A stretch of 51,397 bases of DNA from Bacilli bacterium (GTDB lineage: Bacteria > Bacillota_I > Bacilli_A > RFN20 > CAG-826). Made by a program: the position numbers and the translations under genes. Positions 47,601 through 51,397 of this stretch are shown in pieces (positions within the stretch are counted from its first letter, which is position 1; every line of letters starts with the position of its first letter). The notes below the pieces were generated by a model. That model was not told the origin of the DNA and made no database searches. It was given only the letters and a program-made list of their open reading frames with translations. The stretch lies in assembly GCA_024695105.1 (NCBI GenBank), contig JAILIV010000046.1:1-51397 (forward strand), in the 5' to 3' direction.

Positions 47601-50600
47601 AAGGCGAATCGAACGCAGCGTGGCGGGAACGTAGTAGCATTCCTCACCCAAGGACACCTCTTTCGTCCTTTCGCCCCCCATCATGGAGAACTTCGCGGCG
47701 AGCATAGAACCGCCAAGCCCTTCGACGCGGAGGGTCAATTCCTCTAACGAAAGCATTCCTTCGAAGGCGCTTCCCCCAATGGATTTCGCCTCGGGAAGGG
47801 AAAGGCGTTGCAACGAAGAGCAACCGGAGAAACAGAAATCCCCCACCGTTTCCACTAGGGACATGTCGGGGACTTCCCGTAAAGAAGCGCAGTTGGAGAA
47901 GGCGTTTTCGCCTAGTGCCTTCAACGGCTTTCGGGCGGTCACTTTCTTCAGGCGGTCCATATAATCCAGGAAATGGTCCGAAACGAAATCGCTTAGCAAC
48001 TCGACCTCCTCGATCGGCGAATCCGGGAAGGCACCGCTAAGCGAAGTGCCCAAATCCTCGCAGGACACATGACGCAGATGGGTCATGCCGCCATAGCTCG
48101 ACATCCCAAAGAAAGGCGCATCCTCGATGTGGACGCTTTCGATGCTTTCCTTTAGGCCCGCCAATAAAGATGGATGGTAATCGGCGATGCCGTGGCCAAA
48201 CAAAAGCGAACGCACGTCCTTGGAGAAAGCCACGAAGGCGATGCCGTCGTTTTTGTCCACCAAGAACGGAACCTGGGGATGGATGTAGACGCAGCTTTGC
48301 TCATGGGGATCGATGGAGGAATAGTCGCACTCGCGGAACGCCTCCTTCCCGATTTTGGAAAGGTTGGGTCCGAGTTGAATACGGGTGCAATGGACTTCAG
48401 TCAGCGCCCCGTCTTCGATTTCCGCCACGTCCAAGCGCAAGGTCTCCACGTCTAATAGACAGAGGGGGGTGGAAAGAAGCTTCGGGGTGCGCACCGTGAA
48501 CGTGGTGATCGTGGCCGTCGTTCCCGCGCCGTGGAAGGCATCCAAGGCAACGGGGGCGGAAGAGATGAATTCCGCCTGCTCGATGCGACAGGCCTCGAAG
48601 CTTAGGCCCTTGCTGTCTTTATGGACCAAGCGCAAGGAGCCGATCGCGCATCCGGTGATGGACACGCCTTGGAAAGAGCACCCCTCAAACTCAAGGGACT
48701 CCATGCGCTCGCCGTGGAGTTGGACTCCGTTTAACGCGCAACGGCGCAATGTCACGGACTTCGCGCCGAAGAAGGTTCCGCTATTTAAGGTGGAATCCAA
48801 GATGGTTAAGGATTGCACCTCGACCTTTTGGCCAAGCACGGTTTGCAGGAACGCGGGGTCGATGGTCTTGGTTTCCAGCGCCTCGATCTTGCCCTGCAAT
48901 CCCAGGGGTACGGCTTTGCTGGCGTCATGGATCGTGACTTTCTTCGCGGAGCAGCCTTGGAAGGCGTCGGGGGAAAGGCGGGAAACGTCCTCGATGACCA
49001 ATTCCTCGACTGCGCACCTTTGCCACGCCCCGGTGGCGAACAAAGGCCCATCCGAGCCAATGACCAGACGGGAAATCCGGAGATCGTGCAAAACCCCTTT
49101 GGAAACCGAGGCAAAGCCTTTCAAGGTCTCGGGGCGGAAAGAGGAAGGATCCAGGATGAGTTTGACTTCCTTGCCATCGGGGCTAAGAAGCAAACCGTCC
49201 TTATGACGGATAAATTTGTTTCCGGGGTCGATCTGAACGGTGGCCCCATGGGGATCAAAGGAGGGGTCGAAGGCTTCGACTTCGGGGCCGATGAGGAGTT
49301 GTTCCACGCCTTGGATGCGCACGCAAAGATCCGCGGGGATGCATTTCGCGGCTTTGACCCGAAGCGCGCGGGCAAAGGCGCCGGAGGGAAGCGGCTGGGA
49401 AGGTTTGATCTCGGCGATCCCCAACCGTTCCAACTTTGGGGAATAGTACTTATCCCCGTTGACCGAAAGCTCCACCGCCCCAGGGAAGGATTCCCGGCCG
49501 AAAAGCCCGAAATAGGAAAGCCCTTCGTTATTGGAAAAGGAGGGTAACAGAAGCATCTTGATATTGGAGCATCCCTTGAATACGCCTGGCTTAAAAAGTA
49601 CCGCCTCGGACGTGATGTTGACTTCACGTAGCTTCTCATTGGAAGCAAAACACCCCGATTTAAAAGCGCCTTGACTGAGGGTAAGCGTCTCCAAACCACA
49701 CCCCGCAAAGGCGTCATCCGCCACGAAGGGGGGTAGCGGACCGAAGTCGACGGTTTGCAAAGAAGAACAATCGCGGAAGGCGTTAGGCCCAATGGTCGCC
49801 TGGCCCGTGAAGGATAGCTTCCTTAGGGACTTGTCCATCGCGAAAGCGCTTGGCCCGATCTTCGCGGCATGGAAGGAAAGGGAGGGAATCGGGGCACGCA
49901 GGAAGGCTTCCTTGCCGATTTCGATGTCGCCGTTAAAGGAAACGGACGCCAATTTGGCGCACCCATTGAACGCCCAGTCCCCCACTTTGCCAGGCCCCAA
50001 AGCCAGTTTGGCTAGCCCGGAATTGGAGAAAGCGCCCGCGCCAAGGTTTGGGAAGGCGACGCCGGCTTTAAGAAGGTTCGGGTTATTCGCGAAAGCGCCA
50101 TCCCCGACCGAGGTTTTGCCTGGCAAGGTGACTTCCGATAGATTGGAGCATTCTTGGAACGCGTCTTTTCCTATGGAACGCACGTCCGCGGGAAAGGACA
50201 ACGCCCCCACTTTGGGGCAATGCTTGAATGCGCCCTCGTCATAAAATTTGGTTTGGGAAAACATCGCGCCGCAGGGGACGTTAGTGCCCGAGAAGGCGTA
50301 TTTGCCTACGGATTGGATCCCTTGGCGCGAAATCAGATGGAAACCCTGGGATCCCGCGACCATGTAATCCGGGATGTCAGTGATTCCGGAAGGGAGGTAA
50401 ACCTCCGCGAGGTTCGGGCAATCGTTGAACGCCCTGCTTCCGATGCGGCGGACCGAATTTGGGACCACGACGTATCGAACGCTTCCGTTGTTGCGGAACG
50501 CCCCATCGTCGATGGAAGCCGTCCCAAAGGGAATGATGGCCACGCTGGATTTGCCGTTATAGCCCTTAAGGGTTTTGCGGTCGGCGCTGAAGGCAAAGTC

Positions 50601-51023
50601 GGCATCGTTTTGAAGCACGGCGCCCAAACTACGGAACGCATCGATGTGCAACGGGCCCGCAAGGCTTTGGTAGTCCTCGTTTTCCACCGGATAGCCCATG
50701 AAGGCGAGAAGGCGGTCGAGGAAATGCCCGTAAACGACGAAAGGAACGTTGTCTTGGTTCAACTTGGCGACGGCCTTTTGGACCTCCGCCACCACGCGGT
50801 CCTCGCTTTTGCTCTTCCCCGCCGCGACGACGTTCCCGAAAAGGTCTTTGTAATGGACATCGAGGAAATCCAACGTGTGCAGAAGCGAATCGTCAGAAAA
50901 ATCGCCCTGCATGTAATGCTCCCTGGCCCGCATCAAAACGGCATGGACGAAAGAAGCGTCCCCGGGGAGATTGCCGAGCTCGCGGAACAGTGTTTGCAGA
51001 AGCACGTTCATGTCCAGCGCCAT
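44640..51023 (-). CDS. Giant (2127 aa) BspA/TpLRR-type leucine-rich-repeat protein without signal peptide or anchor
   Basis: Many IG..AF..C..L..V.LP units (e.g. IGSRAFNDCPNLAEVYLP, IGKDAFQECSNLSEVTLP, VGDFCFSGCSSLQRLSLP) along the whole length; helical, non-hydrophobic N-terminus; stop 9 nt before the first vWA gene. Confidence 0.9.
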   Translation of the reverse strand: MALDMNVLLQTLFRELGNLPGDASFVHAVLMRAREHYMQGDFSDDSLLHTLDFLDVHYKDLFGNVVAAGKSKSEDRVVAEVQKAVAKLNQDNVPFVVYGHFLDRLLAFMGYPVENEDYQSLAGPLHIDAFRSLGAVLQNDADFAFSADRKTLKGYNGKSSVAIIPFGTASIDDGAFRNNGSVRYVVVPNSVRRIGSRAFNDCPNLAEVYLPSGITDIPDYMVAGSQGFHLISRQGIQSVGKYAFSGTNVPCGAMFSQTKFYDEGAFKHCPKVGALSFPADVRSIGKDAFQECSNLSEVTLPGKTSVGDGAFANNPNLLKAGVAFPNLGAGAFSNSGLAKLALGPGKVGDWAFNGCAKLASVSFNGDIEIGKEAFLRAPIPSLSFHAAKIGPSAFAMDKSLRKLSFTGQATIGPNAFRDCSSLQTVDFGPLPPFVADDAFAGCGLETLTLSQGAFKSGCFASNEKLREVNITSEAVLFKPGVFKGCSNIKMLLLPSFSNNEGLSYFGLFGRESFPGAVELSVNGDKYYSPKLERLGIAEIKPSQPLPSGAFARALRVKAAKCIPADLCVRIQGVEQLLIGPEVEAFDPSFDPHGATVQIDPGNKFIRHKDGLLLSPDGKEVKLILDPSSFRPETLKGFASVSKGVLHDLRISRLVIGSDGPLFATGAWQRCAVEELVIEDVSRLSPDAFQGCSAKKVTIHDASKAVPLGLQGKIEALETKTIDPAFLQTVLGQKVEVQSLTILDSTLNSGTFFGAKSVTLRRCALNGVQLHGERMESLEFEGCSFQGVSITGCAIGSLRLVHKDSKGLSFEACRIEQAEFISSAPVALDAFHGAGTTATITTFTVRTPKLLSTPLCLLDVETLRLDVAEIEDGALTEVHCTRIQLGPNLSKIGKEAFRECDYSSIDPHEQSCVYIHPQVPFLVDKNDGIAFVAFSKDVRSLLFGHGIADYHPSLLAGLKESIESVHIEDAPFFGMSSYGGMTHLRHVSCEDLGTSLSGAFPDSPIEEVELLSDFVSDHFLDYMDRLKKVTARKPLKALGENAFSNCASLREVPDMSLVETVGDFCFSGCSSLQRLSLPEAKSIGGSAFEGMLSLEELTLRVEGLGGSMLAAKFSMMGGERTKEVSLGEECYYVPATLRSIRLAGLDVPAFAFHGFEDCAIECLDPIEKAGEGAFKGCKSLRVDLRRLAIAGKESFAGTALTEAKLPEIVELHSRCFADTHLTYVHLGASLRQNELDAFEGNVFSSPEAIQLDPGAFFVADGCLCHKDELLKALPIQNYPESVAIGPTIRRIRERALSNLPSLRSLSLPSGVEVGENALDGLTGLESLEVAAGVTFVGPIVGAKNLRSLRLGATSFLKGKALSALLPDSAKLGEVRLSQEELCAEMFDGFDEISDLELATSSAKLPPKAISLPRLRRFVLAAPNLVSLPRDTMPLLEKTALRELDLSGCPKLGYGDFALAEASMLSDVHLAALSQPIREVFRSPDAFKDATVLIDGCPSLVPSMFEGLSGVRRLEIGRYGGSIPARAFAGVVGSMELSMPSPVEVGEEALFRFGGTLPQGFFQDMESIGPRAFVSAVCGDVDLPKLKRLGEEAFRSAHVTSFHIGKMLDVLGARALPNVAYEKPSQFGIAAPSATIDGSCVYFQNRLVHVLDYEGASDSLRLLGAEEICAGAFNGERVTPIRAVEVEGRTTVRRGAFENLVSLERLSLGEEVALERGAFSGCTGVRELYLGGLVAVTADELTEALGSMPEVETFTATLPLDAISFLEGFRKLTDLTLTLEQEDPGVFDFRFRAPKLRRVTLLGENLVGMDPNVFAKAPGVEELTLIDCPYLDPNLAFLSPLSQLKTLLVPNTAKPFSAYGKFPRLNYVAFGNCKKLVASAFKDWACPLEVHFLGAPLREIGDYAFSGVSKGVKLDSKELKGLRVIGSQAFLGGNIAFSEEATEFAEVKEIGERAFSEASFSSEVTFGSNDRLRIGNKAFAKTGFEKDVVFCAKAGGIDMAEGTCFEGASICDITFFGDCVLGPNCFASIQLKRNPKYETALTFEGNVVLGEACFAEIDHEIYVRLLNDVDIEGKYIFKGSKKAVVQCTKETAKHLDASHPEWRRHGKFGSAPNAFARFFRANLIKVETT

Positions 51024-51032
51024 ATTGAAGTT

Positions 51033-51041
51033 ATTTTACCA
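51033..51041 (-). promoter_or_regulatory. Extended -10 promoter of the LRR-TerY operon
   Basis: Minus strand TG-G-TAAAAT, 9 nt upstream of the LRR ATG; no SD. Confidence 0.5.
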
Positions 51042-51178
51042 ACCGCTTTCATATAATGAAACAACGTGGAACCATCTTTTTGCGGAAAACGTAACCGAGG
51101 ACCTTAAAGAAATGCCAAAACCCAGTGGTATCGGGCAAAGAAACCCATTAAAATAAAGAAACCCCAGGAGGCATTTTA

Positions 51179-51397
51179 ATGACCGACATCACCAAGAATG
51201 AGAATTTCATTCAGGCCCAGGAAGCGTATGAACAAATCCAGGGCATCCTCAATTCAACCGTTGACTCCTATCTCGAGAAGAGCGGAGACACCGACTTCAA
51301 GAGGGACATCTTCCTCCGTCAGTATGACTACATGCTGCAGACCATGCTCCTCGCCGTCGCCCTCGCCGATGGCAAGGCTTCCGCAGAAGAAATCGAA
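51179..51397 (+). CDS. Partial protein with TerB-like motif
   Basis: RBS AGGAGG; MTDITKNENF...MLQTMLLAVALADGKASAEEIE, open to the window edge; A.ADG....E is the TerB-family signature. Confidence 0.6.
   Translation, partial: MTDITKNENFIQAQEAYEQIQGILNSTVDSYLEKSGDTDFKRDIFLRQYDYMLQTMLLAVALADGKASAEEIE

Noticed and set aside
44640-51023. Diversity-generating retroelement or recombinational shuffling of the LRR gene
   Set aside because: No reverse transcriptase or recombinase in the window, and no near-identical DNA repeat pair noticed by eye; a dot-plot would be needed to exclude it fully.

Overview
Bacterial chromosomal DNA, moderately GC-rich, standard code, Firmicutes/Bacilli-like (ecfA1-ecfA2-ecfT-truA ... 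rplM-rpsI, smpB, rarA, gpmA, lgt, four tRNAs); an uncultured gut Bacilli lineage is my guess only. A housekeeping core (about 11.4-35.6 kb) is flanked by two accessory operons, each built on a Ser/Thr kinase and a PP2C phosphatase. Right end (37.5-51.4 kb), the best candidate for a new system: a TerY-phosphorylation triad (YegL-type vWA, YegK-type PP2C, YegI-type kinase) expanded to four vWA paralogs, headed in the same operon by a 2127-aa BspA-type leucine-rich-repeat protein with no signal peptide. A divergent partial gene carries a TerB-like motif, and a cytoplasmic trypsin-like protease lies just downstream. Left end (1-8.1 kb): a tightly coupled operon of a ClpA/B-like ATPase with one intact ATPase module, a PP2C, a polytopic membrane protein, a kinase and a Gly/Ala-rich coiled-coil protein that runs off the window; a degenerate STAND-like NTPase lies nearby. 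Smaller observations: two unannotated acidic micro-ORFs sharing an FVDx4C motif, a palindromic operator in an HxlR promoter followed by a long RNA hairpin, an orphan AbiEi antitoxin and many apparently leaderless genes. No CRISPR array, transposase or integrase was seen. All calls come from motif reading by eye; no database search was run.
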